From IMG/VR virus record IMGVR_UViG_3300037262_000044, positions 1 to 62,724 of that record: DNA of 62,724 bases; one strand, 5' to 3'. Below, piece after piece: positions 48,517 to 57,823 of the stretch (positions within the stretch are counted from its first letter, which is position 1; each line of letters starts with the position of its first letter). The notes beneath the pieces are model-generated. The model saw nothing but the letters and a program-made list of their open reading frames with translations. It did not search any database and was not told the origin of the DNA. The position numbers and the translations under genes were made by a program. The stretch is from a virus (lineage: Duplodnaviria; Caudoviricetes).

Positions 48517-48818
48517 CGCCCATCACTTCAGGATATATAACCCTTGGTTACAAACAAGCCGCTTTATGCGCCGAAAACCCCGAGGCATATATTCGCACCC
48601 TTGTAAACTATGGAAGCCAAAGGAGCGTCTTATACACCGTTTACCGCGCCTTGGTGATCTCCGGCCGCCTTCCCCGGATTGAGGACCTGCCGGAGGAAAA
48701 GAAACGCTACTGGTGGACCGAAGTGCAGCAGGACGCGGGCGGATTGCTACCGAAAGACAAACTTACCCTGTTCGCAAAATGCCTTTATACGATCGATTAT
48801 CTTATACAAACTTATTAA
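48513..48818 (+). CDS. Hypothetical protein
   Basis: TTGA-coupled ORF. Confidence 0.5.
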   Translation: MTPITSGYITLGYKQAALCAENPEAYIRTLVNYGSQRSVLYTVYRALVISGRLPRIEDLPEEKKRYWWTEVQQDAGGLLPKDKLTLFAKCLYTIDYLIQTY

Positions 48819-48821
48819 AAT

Positions 48822-50462
48822 ATGCAAAATATCAACATCGGCATTCCCATTGATTTACAAAAATTGCTTGACACCCGGTTGCTTTTACAGGCGGGATCCG
48901 GTGGCGGAAAATCTTACGCTCTCCGAAAACTGATTGAATCTATCGGTAACCAGGTTCAACAAATTATCATTGATCCCGAAGGGGAGTTTGTAACGTTGCG
49001 GGAAAAGTTTGATTTTGCGCTGGTCAGCAAGGGGGGTGATATTCCACTGAGTTTGAAGTATGCCGAGACCCTGGCGCACAAGATTCTTGAAACCGGCATA
49101 TCGGTCATTATAGACTTGTACGAATTGCAGAAACACGAACGTCCAATCTTCGTAAAGCGATTCCTTCAGGCCATTGTGAACGCCCCAAAAGAGTTATGGC
49201 ACCCTTGTTTTATCCACATTGATGAGGCGCACACATTTTGCCCGGAAAACGGTCAATCAGAAAGCGCGAGTGCTGTTATCGACTTATGTACACGCGGAAG
49301 GAAAAGAGGGTATTGCGCTGTGCTGGCAACTCAGCGTCTTCCAAAACTGAGTAAGGACGCGACCGCTGAGTGCAACAACAAGCTGATTGGTAGGAGCGCA
49401 CAAGATATTGACCGTCGCCGCGCCGGGGAGGAATTAGGAATGAATACCAAGTCCGATATTTTGTCACTCCGAGACCTTCAGCCTGGAACATTTTACGCTT
49501 TCGGGCCGGCCATCAGCAATGAGGTAATAAAATTCAAGGTTTCGGCTGTCATTACCACACATTTGCAATCCGGCAAAAGGATGATCTCGGCGCCTCCCAC
49601 CCCTTCCGCCATTAAAAAAATTCTTGATAAACTTTCCGACATTCCCGAAGAGGCAGAAAAGGAGTTAGCCACCAAACAGCAATTTCAGGCGGAGATTTCA
49701 CGGCTCAAAACTGAGTTATCAAAGGCTAAGCGACCGGAATCGGCGCCGAATGAGAAGGCTATTCAACAAGTTCGGGACCAGGTCAAAAAGGAATATACTT
49801 CTATTATCAAAGACAAAGATGTTATGTTTTACGCTTCTCAGGCACAGGTTAAGAAGTTGCAGGGCGTCTTAAGTAAAATAGCAGCCCTCAGCGGAACCGA
49901 AATACATTTTCCCATCGCGAATGTAGCCAAGCAACCTGAAGTAAAATCGGTAAAGATTGAGCCGAAACTGGAAAAGAAAATAACTCACCATAATGGAGAA
50001 AAGGTTGAACTCCCCTTAGCGGAAGGCAAGATATTGACCGCTTGTGCACAATTTCCGGACGGTTTGCGGCGCGATCAACTGACGGTGCTCATCGGTTATA
50101 AGCGGTCGAGTCGGGATGCATATCTTCAGCGGCTTAGGCAAAAAGGAATGATTGAACAGAAGGGAGATAAAATTTACCCTAGTGACTTAGGCCTGGAAAC
50201 CCTTGGACCGGATTTCGAACCACTCCCTACGGGCGCAGAATTACAGGAGTATTGGTTGGAAAATTTGCCAGAAGGGGAAAAGAAGATTCTTCGGGTGCTG
50301 ATTGATGCCTATCCCAACGCCGTTCCAAGGGATACTATAAGCGATTCAACCGGTTATCTTCGCAGTAGCCGAGATGCATATATACAACGAATGACCAGCA
50401 AGGAAATAATCAGTTTCGAAGGACGGGGAATGGTGAAAGCTTCTGAAAATCTTTTCAATTGA
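48822..50462 (+). CDS. HerA/FtsK-superfamily ATPase (DUF87-like) with coiled coil and C-terminal wHTH-like repeats
   Basis: AGSGGGKS Walker A, IIDPEGE, IDEAH Walker B, RGRKRG, ATQR; duplicated GY.RSSRDAY.QR. Confidence 0.88.
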   Translation: MQNINIGIPIDLQKLLDTRLLLQAGSGGGKSYALRKLIESIGNQVQQIIIDPEGEFVTLREKFDFALVSKGGDIPLSLKYAETLAHKILETGISVIIDLYELQKHERPIFVKRFLQAIVNAPKELWHPCFIHIDEAHTFCPENGQSESASAVIDLCTRGRKRGYCAVLATQRLPKLSKDATAECNNKLIGRSAQDIDRRRAGEELGMNTKSDILSLRDLQPGTFYAFGPAISNEVIKFKVSAVITTHLQSGKRMISAPPTPSAIKKILDKLSDIPEEAEKELATKQQFQAEISRLKTELSKAKRPESAPNEKAIQQVRDQVKKEYTSIIKDKDVMFYASQAQVKKLQGVLSKIAALSGTEIHFPIANVAKQPEVKSVKIEPKLEKKITHHNGEKVELPLAEGKILTACAQFPDGLRRDQLTVLIGYKRSSRDAYLQRLRQKGMIEQKGDKIYPSDLGLETLGPDFEPLPTGAELQEYWLENLPEGEKKILRVLIDAYPNAVPRDTISDSTGYLRSSRDAYIQRMTSKEIISFEGRGMVKASENLFN

Positions 50463-51097
50463 TCAGCATGGCAAAATCAGTCAAAAAGCTGCCCCCCTTC
50501 CAGATTCCCAAAGCGGAGGAAGTGCAAGCATTCATGAACCTCTGCAAACCAGACTGGCCAACTGCTTTCCTGCAGTACTATAGTCAACGCTGGATGGACC
50601 ACTACATGGCTAATGGTTTTGTGGTTGGACGGGTTAAAATGAAGGACTGGAAAAGCTGCGTCCGCGGGCAATGGCTCCAGCTCAAATTCAGGGAGGATAA
50701 GGAGCGATTGGAGGCAGATCTCAAATCCTGGCAGCACAAGGTTCTGCTTGACGAAAAAAGGCGCAAATCGGCCGGCCTGTTCGCGGTCGTTGAAGGCGCC
50801 GGTCCTACTCCTTTCGACCGCTATCTCGAATCGATGGACGAGATCTTTCACGCCTGGCAGGTGGGGAATGCTTCGGATGGTCAGCTGAGGGCAGCCGCGG
50901 AATCCCTGAGAAAGAATAACTTCCTTTTGCTCCCGAAGAGCCAGATTGAGCAGATCAAGGCCGACCAGGGAAATAATGCGGATCTCGGGAAACTTTTAGC
51001 TGTTCGCCAGTTCTTCGCCAATCTGAAACAAAGAGGGATGACCGTATCCGCTTTTATTCGATCTAAAACCGGCTCTCCGGAGCAAAAAACAGCATAG
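50459..51097 (+). CDS. Protein with a replisome-organiser-like motif
   Basis: F..P..EEV...HY.ANGF.VG...MKDWK..VR.W. Confidence 0.55.
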   Translation: MISMAKSVKKLPPFQIPKAEEVQAFMNLCKPDWPTAFLQYYSQRWMDHYMANGFVVGRVKMKDWKSCVRGQWLQLKFREDKERLEADLKSWQHKVLLDEKRRKSAGLFAVVEGAGPTPFDRYLESMDEIFHAWQVGNASDGQLRAAAESLRKNNFLLLPKSQIEQIKADQGNNADLGKLLAVRQFFANLKQRGMTVSAFIRSKTGSPEQKTA

Positions 51098-51098
51098 C

Positions 51099-51323
51099 AT
51101 GAATCTCAGCACCGATGACAACAAGGTAGAATTGACAGTTAATCCAGCGGCGGAGGCTTATTTCAAAGAAGTGTTCGAAATAGAAATGCTACAAGGTATC
51201 AGAAAGCCGCTGCCCAATGGACAGATTTATTACGAATTCGAGATTTCGGACGAGAAAATGAAACTCCTAAAAAAATGGTGGTTCGATTATTTGAAACAGG
51301 ATCTTCCCAAAATAGACAATTAG
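51099..51323 (+). CDS. Hypothetical protein
   Basis: Operon-packed ORF. Confidence 0.55.
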   Translation: MNLSTDDNKVELTVNPAAEAYFKEVFEIEMLQGIRKPLPNGQIYYEFEISDEKMKLLKKWWFDYLKQDLPKIDN

Positions 51324-51324
51324 C

Positions 51325-51771
51325 ATGAAACGCGGCTTTACCATAAGAGACAACAAAATCATCGCCGATGAGGACCGGGTGCATTACCAGGTGGTGAAGT
51401 ACCTGAAACTGCGCTGGCCAAAAGTTCTTTTCCACACGGACAGTGCCGGGGAGCTGATGTTCGAGAGCCAGCGGATGCGCCAGGGGAAATTGAATCACTC
51501 GGGCATTTCATTCCCGGACCTTCAAATCCTGGATGCAAGGGGTGGCTTTCTGGGCCTGCTTATTGAAATGAAGCGGGAAGGGGAGAATTTGTACAATTCC
51601 GCCGGGCTATTCAAAAACGAGCATCTTTCGCGTCAAAACGCCACCCTGAAAGCCTTGACCGATAGGAATTATCTGGCGGTATTCGCCAAGGGTTTCGATG
51701 CAATAAGGAAGGTGATCGACGATTATATGGCCCTTCCGCCGACAAAGATTTCTAAACCTAAAAAGAAATAG
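51325..51771 (+). CDS. VRR-NUC-type nuclease/resolvase
   Basis: E...H..VV.YL, FPDL, GLLIEMK, Q......L...Y. Confidence 0.8.
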   Translation: MKRGFTIRDNKIIADEDRVHYQVVKYLKLRWPKVLFHTDSAGELMFESQRMRQGKLNHSGISFPDLQILDARGGFLGLLIEMKREGENLYNSAGLFKNEHLSRQNATLKALTDRNYLAVFAKGFDAIRKVIDDYMALPPTKISKPKKK

Positions 51772-51772
51772 C

Positions 51773-52081
51773 ATGAGAAATCGCCCTGCAAGTTTCACCG
51801 ACGCCCAGGAAAGGTACATCATCGAAAATGCCTCAGCGCATACGGCTAAAGAACTGGCCACATCCTTCGGGCTGACACAGGCTGTCGTCTATGGCATCGG
51901 CTATCGCCACCACCTGGAATTCAAGCGGATGAACCGAAAGGTGAAGGAGAGCCCGCCCATCCGGGAGAGGCGACCGGTTCCCGCGGGTCTTTTACCGGAT
52001 CCTCCCGCGCCTAAGATTGTCCGTGCCCCGGCCGAATACTCTAATCATGGATTTCAGGAAGTTAAACGGAAATATTTATGA
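51773..52081 (+). CDS. HTH-containing hypothetical protein
   Basis: FTDAQERYI.EN...TAKELA..FG. Confidence 0.55.
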   Translation: MRNRPASFTDAQERYIIENASAHTAKELATSFGLTQAVVYGIGYRHHLEFKRMNRKVKESPPIRERRPVPAGLLPDPPAPKIVRAPAEYSNHGFQEVKRKYL

Positions 52082-52254
52082 CGATCGCTGAAAAAGAAGA
52101 ACTTATGCAGGCATTATTGAATATTTTGCCTTCTGCAACCGTCGGCCATTTTGTTCAATGCATAGCCGCTTTCGACAACAAAAAGATCGCAGAGATTCAT
52201 ACGGAGTCATTGCGGCATATTGCGCTGCGGGAGCCTAAAAAATTCAGTTTATGA
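52078..52254 (+). CDS. Hypothetical protein (58 aa)
   Basis: ATGA-coupled at both ends. Confidence 0.5.
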   Translation: MTIAEKEELMQALLNILPSATVGHFVQCIAAFDNKKIAEIHTESLRHIALREPKKFSL

Positions 52255-52433
52255 ATTATCGATATTTAGGGGATAAGTTCACTGATCCGGCGTTGAAGGG
52301 CCAAACCTGCCGCGCTATCCGCGCCATTGACGGAAAGTGCATCCGTGGAAAGAACGGCAATATGCTGGTATCATTTGACGGCAAACCTGTGGTGGTGATT
52401 GCGAGATTACTTCGAAAAATCAAGAGTTTATGA
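52251..52433 (+). CDS. Hypothetical protein
   Basis: ATGA-coupled. Confidence 0.6.
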   Translation: MNYRYLGDKFTDPALKGQTCRAIRAIDGKCIRGKNGNMLVSFDGKPVVVIARLLRKIKSL

Positions 52434-52642
52434 TGCTTGAAATCCCCATACTCGAACGGGGCCAGGAAACCGCCTATGTTTATACTCTGGAAAAGATGAA
52501 ATTCGAATATAAAAGGATCGAAAAGGGGCGGAAAATAGTAGCCATTATCGTAACTTATGAGGAACCAATGGACCTCGTTTACTTCGGTATGACGCTCAGT
52601 GCCGACATGATTGGAATCTTTAAAACAGGAATAACAAGATGA
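52430..52642 (+). CDS. Hypothetical protein
   Basis: ATGA-coupled. Confidence 0.55.
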   Translation: MMLEIPILERGQETAYVYTLEKMKFEYKRIEKGRKIVAIIVTYEEPMDLVYFGMTLSADMIGIFKTGITR

Positions 52643-52947
52643 GCCATGATCCTGACAACCGATTCCGCCCGAGCAATAGCGATGACGGCCTTTACTTCAT
52701 CGATAAGTTCTGCGTAAATTGCGTAAGGGGGAAATACGAGCACAGCCAGGACACTACAGACAACCCCTGCGAGATCCTTTCCCGGTCTTTCCTGGAAGGC
52801 GAGACGGCGGAATGGGTATACGACGAGCAGGGGCACCCGACTTGCACCCATTTTAAGCGGTGGAAATGGGAGAAAGACGGCGACGGGAATTGGATTGAAC
52901 CGGCTTACGTGTCAGACGATCCGAATCAGTTAAAATTACCTTTATGA
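52639..52947 (+). CDS. Cys-containing conserved phage protein
   Basis: FRPSN..DG..F...FC.NC...CEIL...EW...P.C..F. Confidence 0.65.
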   Translation: MSHDPDNRFRPSNSDDGLYFIDKFCVNCVRGKYEHSQDTTDNPCEILSRSFLEGETAEWVYDEQGHPTCTHFKRWKWEKDGDGNWIEPAYVSDDPNQLKLPL

Positions 52948-53387
52948 GCACATACCTGGAAATGAGGCGCGATTTGAAAAATGGGATCAGGACCGACACA
53001 AACCGGCCAAAATCGGGCGATGTCCAGAAATCTGAGGGGAAGGACGCCCCGGCAAAGAAAACGAGCCAAGAGGCTAAAAAGCCTGTCAGGGGGAAGATTA
53101 AGCGGGAAAGCAAAAAGCGGGCGAAGCAGAACAGGCAATACAAGCCCATTCAGCGCAAATTCCTGCGCGAGAACCCTGTGTGCGATCTCAAATTGCCTGG
53201 TTGCACCGGAAATTCAACACAGGTCCACCACGCGGCCGGCCGTGAAAATGACCGACTTTTGCGGGTAGAGGACTTCAAAGCCGCCTGTTCGAACTGTCAT
53301 AAAATTGCAACCGAACATAGCCGCCAGGCCATAGCGGCCGGAAACTCGAAAACAAGATTGGGGAAACCCAAAAAACCAACTATATGA
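52944..53387 (+). CDS. Small HNH nuclease
   Basis: FL.ENP.C....C...STQVHH..GR...C.NCH. Confidence 0.75.
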   Translation: MSTYLEMRRDLKNGIRTDTNRPKSGDVQKSEGKDAPAKKTSQEAKKPVRGKIKRESKKRAKQNRQYKPIQRKFLRENPVCDLKLPGCTGNSTQVHHAAGRENDRLLRVEDFKAACSNCHKIATEHSRQAIAAGNSKTRLGKPKKPTI

Positions 53388-53632
53388 CTGATCAGGGAGT
53401 ACAACAAACAATCGGCCAAATATTGAAGCAAGTTCGGGAGGCCAGGGACTTATCGCCCGATGAGGTTTTGGAGGACACCGGCGTGTCTAACGAATATCTC
53501 AGGCGATTAGAGGCTGACGAAATTAAAAAGCCATCTGCATCCGTGCTGTGGATATTGTGCGAATATTATAATATTGATTTTAAGCCAATTGGAATAATGG
53601 CGGGAATCATCATAAAAAAACAACGACCATGA
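53384..53632 (+). CDS. XRE-family HTH regulator
   Basis: IGQILKQVREARDLS...TGVSNEYL.RLE...KPS. Confidence 0.85.
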   Translation: MTDQGVQQTIGQILKQVREARDLSPDEVLEDTGVSNEYLRRLEADEIKKPSASVLWILCEYYNIDFKPIGIMAGIIIKKQRP

Positions 53633-54174
53633 ATACAGAATCTAAACCCCAGGATGGGCAGATACCAGAAGAATTCTTAAAGCTCTGTATTGAGGCAGCA
53701 AGAGAGACAACGCCTTCGTTCTGGTTCAATGAAGACTCTGCCAAACAAGCGACTATCGCCGCCTACCGCCATCTCTCTAGCTCATTGGGAGGGCCATCTA
53801 TGAGCGAGCAGGTGATAAAAGCTCTGAAAGAGTGGAAGGACGAAGCGAGTCGTAGGAAAGATTTTACATGGGAGTGGATGGACGTTGTTAGAAGAATCAA
53901 CAGCGTTTTGCCTATTGAAGGACAATCATCCCCAGCACAACCGGATGATGGATGGATAAGCGTGGACACGGGGCTGCCGGATTACGATGTGCCGGTTCTA
54001 TGGCTGCGTGAGGATGGGATTTGCTTCGTGCGCGAAATCGATAAAGACGATCCTGTGTGGTGGCGTGGCGACAAGGAGGCGGACGAACTATTTGGGGTCG
54101 GCTCGAAATGCACTCATTGGAGATTCTTACCAGCCGCTCCTATTAACCCTCAGACCGATAACTCAGAAAAATAA
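53629..54174 (+). CDS. DUF551-like protein
   Basis: WISVDTGLP...VL...THWRFLP..P. Confidence 0.7.
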   Translation: MNTESKPQDGQIPEEFLKLCIEAARETTPSFWFNEDSAKQATIAAYRHLSSSLGGPSMSEQVIKALKEWKDEASRRKDFTWEWMDVVRRINSVLPIEGQSSPAQPDDGWISVDTGLPDYDVPVLWLREDGICFVREIDKDDPVWWRGDKEADELFGVGSKCTHWRFLPAAPINPQTDNSEK

Positions 54175-54180
54175 AACGTT

Positions 54181-54484
54181 ATGCCAAATTTCATTGAACA
54201 TATAGCAGGCGAGTATCGGGGTGGCCTACAGCAATGTATTCTTTGCGGCGCTGTCATCATTGACGACATGGGGATGATCGGTCCTTCCGGTCAGCCTGAG
54301 CGAAAAAGGATACGAACCCGGACCGGTGCAGATTTCAGACGGAAACCCACGTATCACTACAGTATCCTCCGATCTCGATTGGGAAGGGAAAGAAGATTTG
54401 ATTGCGAAGGTAAAGGAGTTGGAAAAGCGGGTTGCGGCCCTTGAAGGATATCACAACTCGCATAATGTAAAATTCGGTTCATAA
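54181..54484 (+). pseudogene. Probably frameshifted small gene
   Basis: Removing one A from the A5 run at 54303-54307 gives a more protein-like product ending at TAA 54484. Confidence 0.45.
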
Positions 54485-54503
54485 ATCATTAAAAATAAAT
54501 ACA

Positions 54504-54812
54504 ATGGGACTAACTACCGATCCAAACAATCCAGATTTGAAACGCTATACAGGCCCAGAAGAGCCAGCCCCGCAAAACAAGGTCTATCTGGTGCTGTCGG
54601 ATGAAGAATTGGCAAAAGGCTTTGTAAGACCCGTCCGGACGGCTTACGTTCACAAAAAGTGCGGGAGCCTGACCACCATGGGACAGAAGCTATCTGAAAC
54701 CTACGCCCGTGATCCAAAGTTTTACGGAGCCACCTACTGTTGCGCTTGCAGTGCTCATTTCCCGGTATCCGAATTTCTTTGGGACGGAACAGATCAGGAG
54801 GTAGGATCATGA
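54504..54812 (+). CDS. Conserved small Zn-binding phage protein
   Basis: YLVLS.EE.AKGFVRPVR..Y.H..CG..T.M...ETYARDP.FY..TYC..C..H. Confidence 0.75.
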   Translation: MGLTTDPNNPDLKRYTGPEEPAPQNKVYLVLSDEELAKGFVRPVRTAYVHKKCGSLTTMGQKLSETYARDPKFYGATYCCACSAHFPVSEFLWDGTDQEVGS

Positions 54813-55012
54813 AAAAGATAGCCATCGGCGCTGACAATTACAAGGTGAATCGGTTCAAAAAAGAACTGACGAAAGCGGGCTTTACCGACTTCAGCATTAG
54901 CCCGTTCACGCCGGATGTATCGTTAATAAGCGTCAATGTCGAAGACGACAAGGTAAATGAGGTCAACAAAATTTGCCAAAAAATTGAATTACACTTTAAA
55001 AGATCAAACTAA
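54809..55012 (+). CDS. Hypothetical protein
   Basis: ATGA-coupled. Confidence 0.6.
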   Translation: MKKIAIGADNYKVNRFKKELTKAGFTDFSISPFTPDVSLISVNVEDDKVNEVNKICQKIELHFKRSN

Positions 55013-55431
55013 TGACACTGATTCCGAAATTCAGGCATGATGATCATATCTGTGAAAAGCACAACTGTCGAGGCTTTTGTCAGGAATGCTTTGCTGATAT
55101 GATAAGAGCGCCTTTAGAAGCGCGCATAAAAGAACTTGAAGCCACCGCCCCCGTTCAAGTAGACAATACCTCCGATCTCTCGGAAGGGGAAAAGAGATTG
55201 CCTGCATGCGGCTGTACAAGTGGAGAGGATTGTAATGCAGACTGTCTCATACCTGTTTGGGTAGCAAAATATCTTTTGGCAGCCAGGGATGCCTTGATCC
55301 TCAACGATGTCAATGAGGCGAATATCATGGAAACAAACTTCAATAGAAATACAGGGAAATCAATCAAGCCGATTCGTCCGTCATGGATAACTCGCGTGAT
55401 ACAAAAACTAAAAACCTTTTTTAAACAATAG
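55012..55431 (+). CDS. Hypothetical Cys-rich protein
   Basis: TAATG-coupled. Confidence 0.5.
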   Translation: MTLIPKFRHDDHICEKHNCRGFCQECFADMIRAPLEARIKELEATAPVQVDNTSDLSEGEKRLPACGCTSGEDCNADCLIPVWVAKYLLAARDALILNDVNEANIMETNFNRNTGKSIKPIRPSWITRVIQKLKTFFKQ

Positions 55432-55434
55432 ATC

Positions 55435-56655
55435 ATGAGCGAGAATAAAAGCCCATTCCATTACAGCGGACGCGAAGGATATTGCAATCTTCATCATCAA
55501 TCATATATCGGTACCTGCCCCATTTGCACAACATCCCCCCCAATAGAGCCACTATCCCCTGATCTGCCGGTCCTGCGGTGGGTGAAGGCTGATAAACGGA
55601 TGCCGCCTGTCGGTGAGTTCTGTGGAAAATGCGAAGGGAAGCCCGCTAAGATTAAAAATGAAATGGAAGGTGGAAATTATCTTATTGCCAATGGCAATAT
55701 TGTTTCTCCGCGATACGTCGAATGGCTGGAAGAGACTACCGTCCCCCTTCAAGCCCCCATGCCAGATGAAGCATGGTTCGAAGAACAGCGAAAAAAAATC
55801 ATTGAAAGGGTTCAAGCCTCCCATAAGACAGAAGGGGAAGGAAATTGGATAGCGATAGACCAATATAGGCCCGGTCGAGATATGGAAGTGGAGTTTAAAA
55901 TCAGTTACGGGGATGTGTATATTGGGCGATGGGATCACAAAGATGTGTGTTTTTATGTCAAAGGCTATCACGCGGCCGCCCTTGACGTAACGCATTGGCG
56001 ACCCACTAAAGCAGACTCTAGTCAAACACTTACGGCGGCCTTTAATCATGCCGCAACTGGCCCCAACGATAAGTATGCTCATATTCGGCAGGAATCTTTT
56101 ATTTCCGGATCGGATTGGGCTTTTAGTCAACTAGCGCAAAGATTAGAAGAAACTGAAAGGCAATTGGCTATCCACGAACAGGATTTGACCGACGCTGCCG
56201 GGGAACTAATGATACAAGTTCCTGAACCCGGAACAGATATCGCCAAGATGATGCACGCAAACAGAATGCTAAAATATCAAATCGACGATAAGAGGGAAGA
56301 AATACGAGACCTAAAAGCCCGGCTGTCCGACATCGAAACCAATTCAGAATCTAAGCCATCAACGGCCGCCCCCTCCCCGGCAATACCTGATAAAGGATCG
56401 GAGACAGAACCAGGAAAGACGCCAAGGACCCCGCAACAAATTTGGTATTCCCGTAATCCTTGCCATGATTTTGATGATGCCGGAATCGACAGGTTTTATA
56501 GGACCGCATTCATGTGCATGCAGGATTATGCCGACCAAGAAACAGCCGCCGCCAACGCCCGCATAAAGGCGCTCGAAGCCGAGCGGGACGTCTACAGGGC
56601 AGCCCTGGAAGACCTGCAGATCATTTTAACGCCTCATTTCAGAATAACCCCGTAA
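55435..56655 (+). CDS. Mosaic protein with DUF551-like segments
   Basis: WVKA..RMP and WIAI...P...VTHWRP modules plus coiled coils. Confidence 0.6.
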   Translation: MSENKSPFHYSGREGYCNLHHQSYIGTCPICTTSPPIEPLSPDLPVLRWVKADKRMPPVGEFCGKCEGKPAKIKNEMEGGNYLIANGNIVSPRYVEWLEETTVPLQAPMPDEAWFEEQRKKIIERVQASHKTEGEGNWIAIDQYRPGRDMEVEFKISYGDVYIGRWDHKDVCFYVKGYHAAALDVTHWRPTKADSSQTLTAAFNHAATGPNDKYAHIRQESFISGSDWAFSQLAQRLEETERQLAIHEQDLTDAAGELMIQVPEPGTDIAKMMHANRMLKYQIDDKREEIRDLKARLSDIETNSESKPSTAAPSPAIPDKGSETEPGKTPRTPQQIWYSRNPCHDFDDAGIDRFYRTAFMCMQDYADQETAAANARIKALEAERDVYRAALEDLQIILTPHFRITP

Positions 56656-56666
56656 ATTACATTCTC

Positions 56667-57197
56667 ATGTCACACCTCATAGAACGGCTGAAAAAAGAAC
56701 TTGAAGAGGCCAAACGGCGCCTGGAAGAGCATTTCGGCCATCACCGGAGGGTTAGACAATTCATCTGCGTCATTATTAACAAAACCAAATATATCCCCAT
56801 GGGTAACATTGTCATCCCGATGCCGCAGGCAGGCCAGCCCGCGATGTCAACGCCTCTCGTCGCCGTCCTGGACGATGCGGAAAGTCTTCAGCAGATCCCC
56901 GGATCAGTCGCAACACTGGTTAGCGTCACCTCCGACAATCCGCTGGTCGCCGTCCCCGACTCGAACGGTAACGCCCTTCCTGTCGGTCCCGGTACCTGTA
57001 ATTTCACAGAGGTGAATTCCTGGGCCTATACCGACGAGGACGACCAACTGCCCGTCACAGGGAAGATCGAGTCCAGCACGATCGGTATTACGGTCACCAG
57101 CGGACCTGAGCAGGTCGTCCAGCAGCTGAGCGCCGGCACCCCGGTTCCCGCAGGAACGCCGACGGCCGGAACCTTCACGGCCGGCCAGACGAGCTAA
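56667..57197 (+). CDS. Ig-like (Big_2-type) domain protein
   Basis: TSDNPLVA.PDSNG...PVGPGT; start 56667 or 56799. Confidence 0.5.
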   Translation: MSHLIERLKKELEEAKRRLEEHFGHHRRVRQFICVIINKTKYIPMGNIVIPMPQAGQPAMSTPLVAVLDDAESLQQIPGSVATLVSVTSDNPLVAVPDSNGNALPVGPGTCNFTEVNSWAYTDEDDQLPVTGKIESSTIGITVTSGPEQVVQQLSAGTPVPAGTPTAGTFTAGQTS

Positions 57198-57205
57198 GAG
57201 AATTT

Positions 57206-57221
57206 TTTTCCACGTGGAACC
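57206..57221. promoter_or_regulatory. parS-like palindrome
   Basis: TTTTCCACGTGGAACC, 14/16 match to TGTTCCACGTGGAACA, intergenic. Confidence 0.5.
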
Positions 57222-57245
57222 TCACCCAAAAGGTGGGGTTTTTTT
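57218..57245 (+). terminator. Intrinsic terminator
   Basis: AACCTCACC-CAAAA-GGTGGGGTT then a T run. Confidence 0.8.
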
Positions 57246-57280
57246 GTTGATAGTCACGAAAGTTGGCTAATTTCGACATA

Positions 57281-57823
57281 ATGAAAAAAGATGCCATTCA
57301 ATGGGAACCGAAAAAGGTCAAGGTAGAGGACTTGATCGAAAATCCGAAGAACCCTAAAACATTGAATAAAACGGGAAAAAAGCGGCTGCAAAAATCCCTC
57401 AGCAAATTCGGGTTGGCTGGAACGATTATCTGCAATTCCGATCTGACTATCATCGATGGCCATTCCAGGAAGCAGGAACTTATTGCTGCAGGAATAGAAG
57501 AGGTTTATGTCAGTATGCCTTCCCGGGCACTGACCGATCAGGAGTACAAAGAGTTCAACGCTATCATCGATCTTGCGCAGGCCGGCGACCCCAATTCCGC
57601 CGCCCCGATTGCGGGCTGGTTCAAATGTACCGAGTTGACGGAATCCACTACGCTACGGAGTTTCATTATGCACTTGGCAGAACTACGGGTCGCGGTTTGT
57701 ATGCTGGTAAAGAAATTGAGGTGCTTGCTAAATAATCCTGCAGTTTACCTGCAAAGTTTCTGCAGGCTGCCGCCCCGCCCCAACAAGGCGGGGTTTCGCA
57801 GCAAAAAAACTTTGCATTTATGA
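57281..57823 (+). CDS. ParB/Srx N-terminal domain protein, C-terminus possibly scrambled
   Basis: L..NPKNPK...L.KSL.KFG...IIDGHSR. Confidence 0.75.
   Translation: MKKDAIQWEPKKVKVEDLIENPKNPKTLNKTGKKRLQKSLSKFGLAGTIICNSDLTIIDGHSRKQELIAAGIEEVYVSMPSRALTDQEYKEFNAIIDLAQAGDPNSAAPIAGWFKCTELTESTTLRSFIMHLAELRVAVCMLVKKLRCLLNNPAVYLQSFCRLPPRPNKAGFRSKKTLHL

Noticed and set aside
53384-53632. CI-type lysogeny repressor
   Set aside because: Short XRE gene embedded co-directionally in an operon, without a divergent promoter pair or peptidase domain.
57281-57823. Plasmid-type ParAB partition system
   Set aside because: No ParA gene and no HTH; ParB-N genes beside terminases are common in phages.
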